From Candidatus Eiseniibacteriota bacterium (GTDB lineage: Bacteria > Eisenbacteria > RBG-16-71-46 > SZUA-252), in assembly GCA_963703225.1 (NCBI GenBank), contig OY969801.1:192001-256000 (forward strand): a DNA stretch of 64,000 nucleotides. The letters are read 5' to 3'. The translations under genes were made by a program, and so were the position numbers. Of this stretch, positions 1 to 9,535 are shown in pieces (positions within the stretch are counted from its first letter, which is position 1; every line of letters begins with the position of its first letter). The notes under the pieces are model-generated. The model saw only the letters and a program-made list of their open reading frames with translations, made no database searches and was not told the DNA's origin.

Positions 1-229
1 AGCCCCGATCAGGGGCCCTTCGGTGGGCGACGGAGGGAGTGGGGCACTTTGCGCTCTCCGGCGGGAGGGGGTGCGGGATGCCTTTTTTCGGGCTCTTTCC
101 ACTTGAGTAATGGCCTCTTTCAGCCGATGGCTCGTAGGACGGAAGTCCCCCGTTCCCAGGGCCGACGTGGCGGAGCCTATGGCCGCTAAGCACAAAGGAC
201 AAGGCCGGGTTACGCGGGGGATAGCGCTA

Positions 230-772
230 ATGGACGTGGCGGCGCGGGTTCAGCCGAGTCGGCCCAAGCCGCGGTATTGCGTCCTCTGTGGCACCGCGCT
301 CAAGGCGATTCGGGAGCACGGGGTGCCCCGGATGGGGTGCCCCCGGTGCGGGTTCGTCGCGTACCGAAATCCGGTGCCGGCGTGCGGCGTGATCGTCGAG
401 CGCCGCGGGGGAGTGCTGCTCGCAAAACGGGCGCACGAGCCAAGGCGGGGCAGCTGGGGGATCCCGGCGGGCTTCATGGAGTACGGGGAGCATCCCGAGG
501 TGACCGCGGTCCGGGAGGCTCAGGAAGAGACGGGCCTTCTGGTGCGGATCGAGGGCCTCTTCGGCGTTTACGCCGGAAGGGACGATCCGCGGACGCGGGC
601 CGTCTTGATTCTGTACCGGGCGAAGATCCGGGGCGGGCGGCTCAAGGCCGGCGATGACGCGAGCGAGGTCGGTTTCTTCCCGCTCGATCGCCTGCCGCGG
701 CCCATCGCGTTTCGGGCGCACCGAGAAGCGCTAAGAGACCTGCGTCGCGTGAGGCGGAAGGAGGGTCGGTGA
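230..772 (+). CDS. Nudix hydrolase with N-terminal zinc ribbon
   Basis: CVLC...CPRC ribbon and Nudix box GFMEYGEHPEVTAVREAQEETGL. Start uncertain: the ORF opens at 110, but ATG 230 follows a GGGGGA RBS-like motif. Stop overlaps the next start (GTGA). Confidence 0.9.
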   Translation: MDVAARVQPSRPKPRYCVLCGTALKAIREHGVPRMGCPRCGFVAYRNPVPACGVIVERRGGVLLAKRAHEPRRGSWGIPAGFMEYGEHPEVTAVREAQEETGLLVRIEGLFGVYAGRDDPRTRAVLILYRAKIRGGRLKAGDDASEVGFFPLDRLPRPIAFRAHREALRDLRRVRRKEGR

Positions 773-1914
773 GCATTCGGATCCTACATCTCGCGGATCT
801 CCACATCGGCGCCTCGTTCCCCTCCATGGGAGACCGCGGGGAGGAGCGGAGCCGCGACTTTCTGTCCGCGCTGCTCCGCGCGGTGGAGTACGCGGTGGGC
901 GACCCCAAGCCGGTCGACCTGGTCGCGATCGCGGGAGATCTCTTCGACACCCACGATCCCGACGAAGGGCTGGTCTACCAGGTGGAAGCGGCCCTGGAGC
1001 GGCTCGACAAGGCGGGCCTGCCCGTCCTTCTCGTGCCGGGGACCCACGACGCGCCCTCCTACCGGCGTTCGATCTACCGTCGTCTGCGCGTTCCCAAAAG
1101 CGCGCACCTCTTCATCTCGCCGACGCTCGAGCCGGGGCCACACCTGACGATCCACGGCGAGTCGGTGCAGACCTACGGGATCGCCTACGATCCGGGCGTC
1201 TGTGCCCGCCCGCTCGGCGAGTTCCGCCCGATGGGCTTGGCCGACTATCACGTCGGCGTGCTCCACGCGGCGCTCCAGGACAACCCGGCGTGGAAGATCC
1301 GCCCCACCGATCTCCCGATCAGCCGCACGGAAATCGCGGCGTCGGGGCTCCACTATCTGGCCCTCGGGCACTACCACAACTTCGCCGAGATCCGCGAGGG
1401 CGGGGCGGTGGCCGTCTATCCCGGCACTCTCGAGGGGAAGAAGTTCGGGGAGAACGGGCCCCGCTATCTGGTAACCGCCACCCTGAGCCGCGAGTCGATC
1501 TCGATCGAGCGGACGCCCTGGAACGCCCGGACGCTCCACGAAGCGGTGATCGATCTGAACCTCGCCGAGGTCCGCGAAGAGGAGCAGCTCGAGGCGCGCA
1601 TTCTGGCGTTCGCCGGCGATCGCGAGATCGCCCGCGTTCGGTTGGAGGGCCCGGCCGACTTCGTCTTCGATCCCGACCGGCTTACCAAGCGGCTCGCGCC
1701 CAAGTTCTTCCACGTGGAGATCGAGGACGCGACCTACGTCGTCAACGAATCGCTTCTCGAGCGCTACCGCGAGGAGGCCACCGTTCGGGGCGTCTTCGTG
1801 CGGAGCATGCTCGACCGAATCGCGCGGGCACCCGATCCCCAGGCGCGCGAAACGGCCGCGCTGGCCCTTCGGCTGGGACTCGCCGAGTTCCAGAATCCGC
1901 GCCATGCGCATTGA
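769..1914 (+). CDS. Mre11/SbcD/YhaO-like metallophosphoesterase DNA nuclease
   Basis: Motifs ADLHIG, AGDLFD, PGTHD, LHA, LALGHYH, YPGT. Confidence 0.9.
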   Translation: MSIRILHLADLHIGASFPSMGDRGEERSRDFLSALLRAVEYAVGDPKPVDLVAIAGDLFDTHDPDEGLVYQVEAALERLDKAGLPVLLVPGTHDAPSYRRSIYRRLRVPKSAHLFISPTLEPGPHLTIHGESVQTYGIAYDPGVCARPLGEFRPMGLADYHVGVLHAALQDNPAWKIRPTDLPISRTEIAASGLHYLALGHYHNFAEIREGGAVAVYPGTLEGKKFGENGPRYLVTATLSRESISIERTPWNARTLHEAVIDLNLAEVREEEQLEARILAFAGDREIARVRLEGPADFVFDPDRLTKRLAPKFFHVEIEDATYVVNESLLERYREEATVRGVFVRSMLDRIARAPDPQARETAALALRLGLAEFQNPRHAH

Positions 1915-4120
1915 ACGGGTGAGTGTCGAGGGCTTCGGCCCTCTCGCGCAGTTCGAGGCCACGCTCGAGGCGAAGCGGCTCAACCTCTTCATCGGGCCGA
2001 ACGAGTCCGGAAAATCGTCGTTCGCGGCCGCGCTGGTCTCCTGCCTCTTCGGCTTCCAGTCCCTGGAGGCGGAGGAGCTGGCCCGGCCGTGGGCGGGCGG
2101 CAAGCACAAGGCTTCGATCACCTTCTCCACGGTCTCCGGGCGGTTCCGCGTCACGCGCGAGTTCGAGAGCCATCAGGTCCAGGTGGACCGGCTCCGCGAG
2201 GGCTCGGACGAGGCGGAGAGCACCCTCTTCAAGGGCGCGGCCAACCCGCGCGGGCGAAGCGCCGAGCAGATGCAGTACGAGGAATTGCTCCGGGGCTGGT
2301 TCGGGTTCACGGAGGCGCGCCTTTTCCGCGAGTCCTCCTTCGTGCACGAGAGCGCTCTGGAGACCCAGGTGAGCCCCGAGCTGCGCCATCTCATCTCCGG
2401 CGCGGTGGAGGCCGACTACCAGCAGATCCAGGACGCCCTCCTGGAGCGTCTCGATTCCCTCACGGTGGAGCATCCTTTCGACGCGCGGGCGCGGAAGCGC
2501 ACCAACCGGTCGATCGAGAACCGGATCGAGCTGATCCAGACGCTGCGCGACCGGCGGAGCCGGTCGGAGTACGTGCTCACCGAGCTCAAGTCGAGGCACA
2601 AGGAGCGCGAGGAGATCGAATCGCGCCTCCTCGACCTCCGCGCCGACCTCGCGGGCAAGGAGCAGCTTCGCGCCGATCTCGAGGCTTGGCTCCAGCTTCG
2701 CGAGGAGCAGCGGAAGCACTTGAAGCGGGCCCCCGCGATCGGGCAGGAGCTGGTGACGGCGCGCCGCGCCAGGGGCCAGGTGCAGGAGATCGACCGGAAG
2801 ATCACCGACACGCTCGGGTATCTCGCCAACGCCCCCGAGGAAGTGGAAGGCGATCTCATGCGCCTGGGGATGCTCCGTTCCCAGCGCGGCCGCCACCAGA
2901 AGGGCTCCGAGGAGGAGCGCCGGGCGCTCGACGCGCCGCTTCGGAAATCGTCGGGGCGCGGCCTTGTGCTCGCGATCGTCTTGGCGGGCGTCTTCGGGGC
3001 CGGGGCCTGGTTCGCGCTACATCAGACGGTCGCCGCCGCCGGCGCCGCCGCGGTCGGCCTCGGCGTCGGGTTCTTCATGGGGCGCCAGGGCGGGCAGAAG
3101 GGTCAGCGCTCCCGCGAGCTGACCGAGGCGCACATCCGCGTTCTGGACGAGAACATCCGGACCTTGAGCCAGGAAATCGACGGCATCGAGATCCGGGTGA
3201 ACCCCTACCTCGCCGGGCGGACGGTGGAGGTGGTGCTGGAGGACGTCAAGCGCCTCCGCGCCATCACGCAGGAGCGCCGCGAGGCCGCGGCCGTCCTCCA
3301 CTCCCTCCCGACGCCGGAGCGGCTGGAGGCGGAATCGAAGGAAATCGACGAGGCGGTGGGGAGCCTCCGCTCCAAGGAGAAGCTCATTCTCCAGCAGTCC
3401 CCGTTCTTGGCCCCGCTCCGCGAGGATCCGGTCAAAGCCGCGGAGGCCGCCGAGCGGTTGAAGCGCGAGGCCACACTTCTTCGCACCAAGCTGGAAGCCG
3501 AGCAAGAGGCGCTCGACGCCTTCATGCGCCGCGCCGGCGGCGGCGAAGGGGACGCCGAGAATCTCGAGGCGCTGGATGAAATGATCGTCGCCGAGGAAGA
3601 GACGCTCGCCCGTGAGGAGCGTCAGCGCGGCGCGCTGCTGTTGGCGCTCGAGGTGCTGCGCGACTCGGTTCTCGCCTACCAGCAGGAGCACGTCGGCCGC
3701 CTGGCCTCCCTGACCGAGTCGACCTTGAGCCGGCTCACCAACGGGCGCTACAACAAGGTCCACCTGGACGCGGAGTTCCGCCCCACTTTGACCATGAGCG
3801 ACCGCGACAACGTGCCTCTCAGCTCGTTGAGTCGGGGCGCCCGGGACGCCTTTTATCTGGCCCTCCGCGCCGCCTTGGCGCGGGAACTCGCTGCCCGGGA
3901 GCCGCTTCCCCTAGTTCTGGACGACCCGATCGCCCACCTGGACGAAGAGCGCCGGGGGGTGCTCCTGGCCCTCCTCGAGGAGCTGGCCGTCGAGATCCAG
4001 GTCATTCTCCTGACCCACGACCGGCGGGTCCTCAACAACGTCAGGGAGGCCCACGTCCTGGGGGTGGGGGTCTCCTCCCTCAACCGGGATCCCAGCCGCA
4101 AGATCCAAGTCCGCCCGTAA
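1904..4120 (+). CDS. Rad50/SbcC/YhaN-like SMC-type ATPase with central hydrophobic hairpin
   Basis: Walker A GPNESGKS, long coiled coil, signature LSRG, Walker B LVLDDP, H-loop LLTHD; overlaps the nuclease gene. Confidence 0.88.
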   Translation: MRIERVSVEGFGPLAQFEATLEAKRLNLFIGPNESGKSSFAAALVSCLFGFQSLEAEELARPWAGGKHKASITFSTVSGRFRVTREFESHQVQVDRLREGSDEAESTLFKGAANPRGRSAEQMQYEELLRGWFGFTEARLFRESSFVHESALETQVSPELRHLISGAVEADYQQIQDALLERLDSLTVEHPFDARARKRTNRSIENRIELIQTLRDRRSRSEYVLTELKSRHKEREEIESRLLDLRADLAGKEQLRADLEAWLQLREEQRKHLKRAPAIGQELVTARRARGQVQEIDRKITDTLGYLANAPEEVEGDLMRLGMLRSQRGRHQKGSEEERRALDAPLRKSSGRGLVLAIVLAGVFGAGAWFALHQTVAAAGAAAVGLGVGFFMGRQGGQKGQRSRELTEAHIRVLDENIRTLSQEIDGIEIRVNPYLAGRTVEVVLEDVKRLRAITQERREAAAVLHSLPTPERLEAESKEIDEAVGSLRSKEKLILQQSPFLAPLREDPVKAAEAAERLKREATLLRTKLEAEQEALDAFMRRAGGGEGDAENLEALDEMIVAEEETLAREERQRGALLLALEVLRDSVLAYQQEHVGRLASLTESTLSRLTNGRYNKVHLDAEFRPTLTMSDRDNVPLSSLSRGARDAFYLALRAALARELAAREPLPLVLDDPIAHLDEERRGVLLALLEELAVEIQVILLTHDRRVLNNVREAHVLGVGVSSLNRDPSRKIQVRP

Positions 4121-4141
4121 GCCCCGTAACTCCCAAATAGC

Positions 4142-4167
4142 TCAAGGTGTGGCTCTAACGAGCCGAC
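4142..4167 (+). promoter_or_regulatory. Possible sigma-28 (FliA/WhiG)-like promoter
   Basis: TCAAG-N15-GCCGAC just upstream of ATG 4180; imperfect match. Confidence 0.25.
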
Positions 4168-4179
4168 CGTTACAACTGT

Positions 4180-6057
4180 ATGACTAACCCCACTCCAGCC
4201 GCGAAACCGGCCACGCCTGCGAAGCCCGGGTCCGCGGATCAACGCGCCGATCAGATCCGCGATCAGGTGCTCGCGCTCGACGTCAAGCGCGTCGCCGATT
4301 GGATCGGAGCGCTGATCCGCACGATCAAGGCGAGCCGCACCTATCCGGCCAACAGCCCCACGCTCCACAAGTTTCAGGCGGAGCTGGAGTCGCGCACCTG
4401 GTCCTGTCTCAAGGAAGTCGGCGACATCACGCTCGTCGTGCAGCAGTTCGACCTCCTCTACGAAAACTATTCCGTCTACCACAACGCCGATCGGAACGAG
4501 TCGCTGGCGTTTCGCTTCTACGGCGACGGCGTGCGCGAGATCACATTCCAGGAGGGGCTGGAGCCCCACGAGCTCCGCGGGATTCCTGGACGTGCTGAAG
4601 CGCTCGGTCGAGACGGCGCAGGTGCAGGACGACGTCGTGACGCTCCTTTGGGAGCGCGACTTTCGGCACATCCAGTACCTCTTCATCTCGCTTGAGGACT
4701 TGACGGAAGAGGCGGGGCAGGTTCCGTACGAGTCGGACGAGAGCGCGGAGGGCCACGAGGGCGGGATTCCCTGGCCGACGCGCGGCATCGCGGAGGATGA
4801 GCAACCTCCATCGGCGGCGGGTGAGTCGGCCGGCGAGTCGGCCGGCGAACCCGTGATCGAGCGGTCGGACGATTGGGTGCCCCCGTGTGGAGACCTCGAC
4901 GCCGTGGGACGAGACGATCGGGATCCAGTTCGCTCTGAGCGAAGAGGAGAACGAGCTGCTCGAGAAACAAATCCGCGAGGAGGAGCAGCGGGCTTTGACC
5001 GACGAAGTGCTCGAGATCGTGGCGACGATTCTCGCCGCCGAGGACACGCCGTCGGGGTTCCTGGATTCCGCGGCCGCGTTCCAGCGGTTCATCGAGCTGG
5101 CGATCGAGGAAGGGGCCATCTCGCGCGCCAACGAGCTGACCGCTCGGCTTCGATACATCGCCTCGAGGAAGGCCGAGACGCAGGCCGAGTTCAAGGGGCT
5201 GGCGGAGCAGGTCATCCGTGAGATCGGCCGGCCGAGCTTCCTGGGGCAGATGGCGCCGACCCTCAATTCCCATTCCGAAATCGACCCCGGCGTGCTCACG
5301 AACTTCCTCGTCCAGCTCGGGCCCTCGGCGGCGCCGGCGATCTGCGATCTACTCGGGCAGGTGAATCAGGTCCGCTACCGCCGCGCCCTCTGCGAGTCGC
5401 TCGCCATCTCCTGCAGGGAGGACGTCGAGGTCCTGATCGAGCGGCTGAGCGACTCCCGCTGGTACGTGATCCGGAACATCGTCTACATCCTGGGCCGGAT
5501 CGCGCACCAGGGCGTCGAGCGCGCTCTGGACCGCGCGCTCCACCACGAGGATGTCCGGGTCCGCAAGGAGGCGGTGCGCGCGCTCGGGAACATCGAGAGC
5601 CCGACGAGCCGCGCCTATCTCGTCTCCGCCTTCCGGGATCCGGATGCCGGCGTGCGCATCCAGGCGGCCATGACGCTCGCGGTCAAGCGCGACGACCGGG
5701 CTGCCCAGAGCATCCTCGGCGTGATCCAGGGCCCCGACTTCATGAGGCGGGATACCAACGAGCGCCAGGCGTTCTTCGAGGCGCTCGGGCGCTGCGGCTC
5801 CGACACGCTGGTGCCCAAGCTGGAATCGATCCTCACCCGGGGCGGCCTCTTCGGCTCGGGCAACGAGGAGGAGCGGCTCCACGCGGCGCTCGCCATGGCG
5901 TGGCTCGGTACGCCGGCGGCGCTCAAGGTGCTGAATCGCGAGATCGCAGAGCAAGCGCGAGCCGGTTCGACGCGCCGTCGAGACGGCCCTCGCATCGGTC
6001 CGGAACGCGGCACAAAACAGGCCGGTGGCCAAAGCCGGCGTCGAGGAGGAAGAATGA
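4180..6057 (+). CDS. HEAT-repeat protein, interrupted by three apparent +1 indels (~4580, ~4886, ~5950)
   Basis: Protein-like sequence continues across ORFs 4180, 4592 and 4887. HEAT repeats: RWYVIRNIVYILG, DVRVRKEAVRALG, DAGVRIQAAMTLA. The corrected C-terminus SKREPVRRAVETALASVR...EEEE* ends at TGA 6055-6057, overlapping the next ATG. Confidence 0.8.
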
Positions 6058-7517
6058 GCGACACCCGCGCCGCGTCCGCGTCGCGTCCTCAGGACGAGAC
6101 CGTCTCACGCGTCGTCCTCCAGGGCCGGAATCTGTCGATCCAGCTCTGCGTCCTGATCAAGACCGCGCGCATCCATGACGTGGGAAACATCGCGTTCCAG
6201 GGGCCGCTGACGAACTTCATCGAGACGATCGACCAGATGTGGACCGCCGAGGGTGACTTCAAGCTCCAGGCGGTGGGCGATTTCCTCTACCTGAACCACC
6301 ATCGGCTTCGGGTGGACGCCTCGTCGTACCCGAGCTATCAGTTCCTGATCGACGAATTTCGCATCCGCGACCTGAGCGGCTTCTCGTTCGGCGGCAAGCT
6401 GACGCCTCCCGAGGTGAAGAAGTTCGTCCGCCTCTTCCTGGACGTCGACGTGAAGGCGGCCGATCCGTTCGAGGAGTTCGCGGCGGCTCTGACCAAGCTC
6501 TCCGTCCAGCACATCGTCCCGATCCGGACCGTCGTGCCCCAGCATGGCATGGTGAGCGCGGAGGAAGTGCGCGACAGCCGCAAGGCCGCCAAGCGCTCCT
6601 TCTACCGCGCCATCGAGTCGGCCCGGACCGTGATGCTGAGCGCGCGGGACCACCGCCCCGTCGACCTGCGGAAGGCGAAGCGCGCCGTCCAGGGAATCGT
6701 CGATCTGATTCTGGGCGAGGAGTTCTCGCTCCTCGGGCTCACCGCGATCAAGAACCACGACGAGTACACCTTCCAGCACTGCGTCAACGTCTCGATCCTT
6801 TCGATCGCTTTAGGCCAGCGTCTCGGTCTCTCGAAGAAGTTGCTCGGAGAACTGGGCGTGGCCGCTATGCTCCACGACCTCGGCAAGGCGTCGATTCCGG
6901 CCTGGGTGCTCAACAAGCCGGGCAAGCTAACGCCCGAGGAGTGGAAGCTGATGTTGGACCACCCGATCCAGGGCGTGAAGATGATCGCCCGGATGCGGGG
7001 GCTGAACGAGCTGGCGCTCCGGTCGATGATCGTGGCGTACGAGCACCACATCAATTACGACAAGAGCGGCTATCCGAGCTTGAAGGGGCACATGGAACAG
7101 TGCCTTTTCAGCAAGATCGTCGCGATCGCCGATTGCTTCGACGCGATGACCGCGCACCGCGCGTACCGAAAGAGCCCCTTCCCGCCGTTCGCGGCGCTCC
7201 ACCAGATCATCTCGCAGAATCAGGAGAAGTTCGATCCGCTGCTCCTCAAGGCGTTCATCAACACGGTCGGGATGTATCCGGCGGGCACGGTCGTGCTCCT
7301 CGATACCAACGAGATCGCGGTCGTGATCGCGCACAACCCGCACGACATCTTCCGACCCAAAGTGCAGGTCGTGGCCGACAAGGACCGGAAGCCGGTCCAG
7401 GGCGCGCAGATCGACCTGAGCGCGCGCGAAGACGAGAGCGGGGCCTACGCCGTTACCATCGTCTCCGCTCTCGACGCAGACGAATACGGGATCAACATCG
7501 CCGACGTCCTGACGTAG
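6054..7517 (+). CDS. HD-GYP domain cyclic-dinucleotide phosphodiesterase
   Basis: HCVNV, LHDLGK, HPIQG, HHINYDKSGYP, IADCFDAMT...RAY; GAGGAGG RBS before ATG 6054. Confidence 0.92.
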   Translation: MSDTRAASASRPQDETVSRVVLQGRNLSIQLCVLIKTARIHDVGNIAFQGPLTNFIETIDQMWTAEGDFKLQAVGDFLYLNHHRLRVDASSYPSYQFLIDEFRIRDLSGFSFGGKLTPPEVKKFVRLFLDVDVKAADPFEEFAAALTKLSVQHIVPIRTVVPQHGMVSAEEVRDSRKAAKRSFYRAIESARTVMLSARDHRPVDLRKAKRAVQGIVDLILGEEFSLLGLTAIKNHDEYTFQHCVNVSILSIALGQRLGLSKKLLGELGVAAMLHDLGKASIPAWVLNKPGKLTPEEWKLMLDHPIQGVKMIARMRGLNELALRSMIVAYEHHINYDKSGYPSLKGHMEQCLFSKIVAIADCFDAMTAHRAYRKSPFPPFAALHQIISQNQEKFDPLLLKAFINTVGMYPAGTVVLLDTNEIAVVIAHNPHDIFRPKVQVVADKDRKPVQGAQIDLSAREDESGAYAVTIVSALDADEYGINIADVLT

Positions 7518-7684
7518 GCTGTACGCGCCGCATCCAGGGCCATCCGCGCCTTGCCACCCCCGCGCCCGAGCGCCCCCCATCTCGCCGCTGCATCGTTTGT
7601 CAATTTGGCAGTCGTTGACTCGAAGCCCGCTTCGGCCTAAACTCCTATCGTTACGAGACTTTCCCCGAACGCGGAGACCCACCG

Positions 7685-9076
7685 TTGTCCCTGCGCCGCC
7701 CGCGCGCCCTGATCGTGGACAAGGATTCGTCCGAGACCGCCCAACTCCAGGCCTCCCTGGAGGCTGGAGGGTTCGACGTCCATTGGGCGAAGGACGGCGA
7801 GCGGGCCTTTAACGTCCTCGACGGCTCCTGGCCGGAAGCGGCGGGGGAGCCGGAGCGTGGGCCCGAGGTCGTGATCACCGAGCTGCGCGCGCACCGCGTC
7901 GACGGGATGCGGCTGCTCGAGGTGGCCAAGCAGCGAAACCCCGAGGTCTGCGTCATCCTGATCGCGGACCAAGGATCGATGGAGCTGGCGACCGCGGCGA
8001 TGCGGGAAGGGGCATACGACTTCCAGCTCCGCCCGCTCAACCTGCCCAAGATGCTCGCGGTCATCGAGCGCGCGATCTCCCACCAGAAGCTCGTCGTTCG
8101 CGCGGAGGACCTCGCGGTCCGCCTGGACGAGCGCCTGCGGGTTCCCAATTTGACCGGGCATTCGCGGGTGATGCAGGAGCTTCAAGACAAGATCATCCAG
8201 ATCGCGCCGACCCGCGCGAGCGTTTTGATCTACGGCGAGACCGGGACCGGGAAGGAGCTGATCGCCCAGGCGATCCACCAATTGTCCCCGCGTAAGGACG
8301 AGCGCTTCGTCAAGCTCCACTGCGCCGAGCTGTCCGAGAGCCTCATCGAGAGCGAGCTATTCGGGCACGAGCGGGGTGCCTTCACCGGCGCGGACCAGAG
8401 GCGCCAGGGGCGGTTTGAGCTCGCCGATCAGGGGACGCTCTTCATCGACGAGATTTCTGAAATTCCGCCCGCGGTCCAGACCAAGCTCCTGCGGGTGCTT
8501 CAGGACCGCCAATTTGAGCGGGTTGGCGGGAGCGATACGGTCAAGGTTGACGTGCGGGTGATCGCCGCGACCAACCGCCGCCTGGAGCTGTTGGCCGCGC
8601 GGGGGCAGTTTCGTGAGGACCTCTACTACCGGCTGAAGGTCATCCTCCTCGAAGTCCCGCCGCTCCGCGAGCGGCGCGAGGACATCCCTCCCCTCGTCGA
8701 GGTGTTTATCAAGGAGTTCAACCGGGAGCATGGGCGCAAAGTGTCGGGCGTCACGCGAGGCGTTGTCGATCGAATGATGCAATACGATTGGCCTGGAAAC
8801 GTCCGGGAGCTTCGGAACACGGTCGAAGAGATGGTCATCTTCGCGCGGGGCAAGCGCGTCCTTGAGGTCTCGGATCTACCGATGCCCCTTCGACAGCAGA
8901 GGGCCTCCACCGGGGTTGACATGAATCTCACGGTCGGGATGTCGATGCCGGAGATCGAGCGCGCCGCGATCGAGGCGACGCTCCGCTCGGTGGGCCACGA
9001 CAAGCAGCGTGCCGCGAAGATTCTGGGCATTGGGCTTCGGACGCTCTATCGCAAGCAGAAGGAGTACGGGCTGTGA
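7685..9076 (+). CDS. Sigma-54-dependent activator (NtrC family) with atypical receiver
   Basis: GETGTGKE, ESELFGHERGAFTGA, FIDEI, WPGNVREL, C-terminal Fis-type HTH. Confidence 0.93.
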   Translation: MSLRRPRALIVDKDSSETAQLQASLEAGGFDVHWAKDGERAFNVLDGSWPEAAGEPERGPEVVITELRAHRVDGMRLLEVAKQRNPEVCVILIADQGSMELATAAMREGAYDFQLRPLNLPKMLAVIERAISHQKLVVRAEDLAVRLDERLRVPNLTGHSRVMQELQDKIIQIAPTRASVLIYGETGTGKELIAQAIHQLSPRKDERFVKLHCAELSESLIESELFGHERGAFTGADQRRQGRFELADQGTLFIDEISEIPPAVQTKLLRVLQDRQFERVGGSDTVKVDVRVIAATNRRLELLAARGQFREDLYYRLKVILLEVPPLRERREDIPPLVEVFIKEFNREHGRKVSGVTRGVVDRMMQYDWPGNVRELRNTVEEMVIFARGKRVLEVSDLPMPLRQQRASTGVDMNLTVGMSMPEIERAAIEATLRSVGHDKQRAAKILGIGLRTLYRKQKEYGL

Positions 9077-9486
9077 GCGCGCTGGGGGACCGGCCTCCGC
9101 ACGGGATCTCGGAGGTGATCCTCGTGGTCCAGGACGTCGCGCGTTCGCTCGCCTTCTATCGCGACGTCGTCGGGCTGCGCGTGGACAACGAGGGCAATGC
9201 GAAGTTTGCCTGGCTCTGGGCGGGGCCGCCGGGATTGGAGCAGCGGATCGGCATCACGGCCGGGCCGCTATCGTTCGGTGCGGCGCACGTGAAGGGGCCT
9301 CAACACTTCGCGTTCGGGACCGAAGACGCGCGGATCGAGGAGTTGAAGGCGGCGCTGGAACGCCAAGGGGTGGAGGTCGAGGGGCCCGTCGAGTTCCGGT
9401 TCTGGAACGCCCGCTCGATCTACTTCAGCGATCCGGACGGCAATCGCGTCGAGTTCTGCGGGTTCTCCGCGAAGCCGCCGGGGTAG
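9073..9486 (+). CDS. VOC/glyoxalase family protein
   Basis: V.DVARSLAFYRDVVG, HFAF, SIYFSDPDGNRVEF. Confidence 0.88.
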   Translation: MSALGDRPPHGISEVILVVQDVARSLAFYRDVVGLRVDNEGNAKFAWLWAGPPGLEQRIGITAGPLSFGAAHVKGPQHFAFGTEDARIEELKAALERQGVEVEGPVEFRFWNARSIYFSDPDGNRVEFCGFSAKPPG

Positions 9487-9535
9487 CGTCCCGCCCGCCG
9501 TAGGCCACGGCGACGCGGGCCAGGGAGGAGGCAGT

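Noticed and set aside
4887..7517. 876-aa HEAT-HD-GYP fusion in the ORF track
   Set aside because: An indel near 5950 explains it; the alternative frame gives a natural C-terminus with an RBS and ATGA overlap at 6054-6057.
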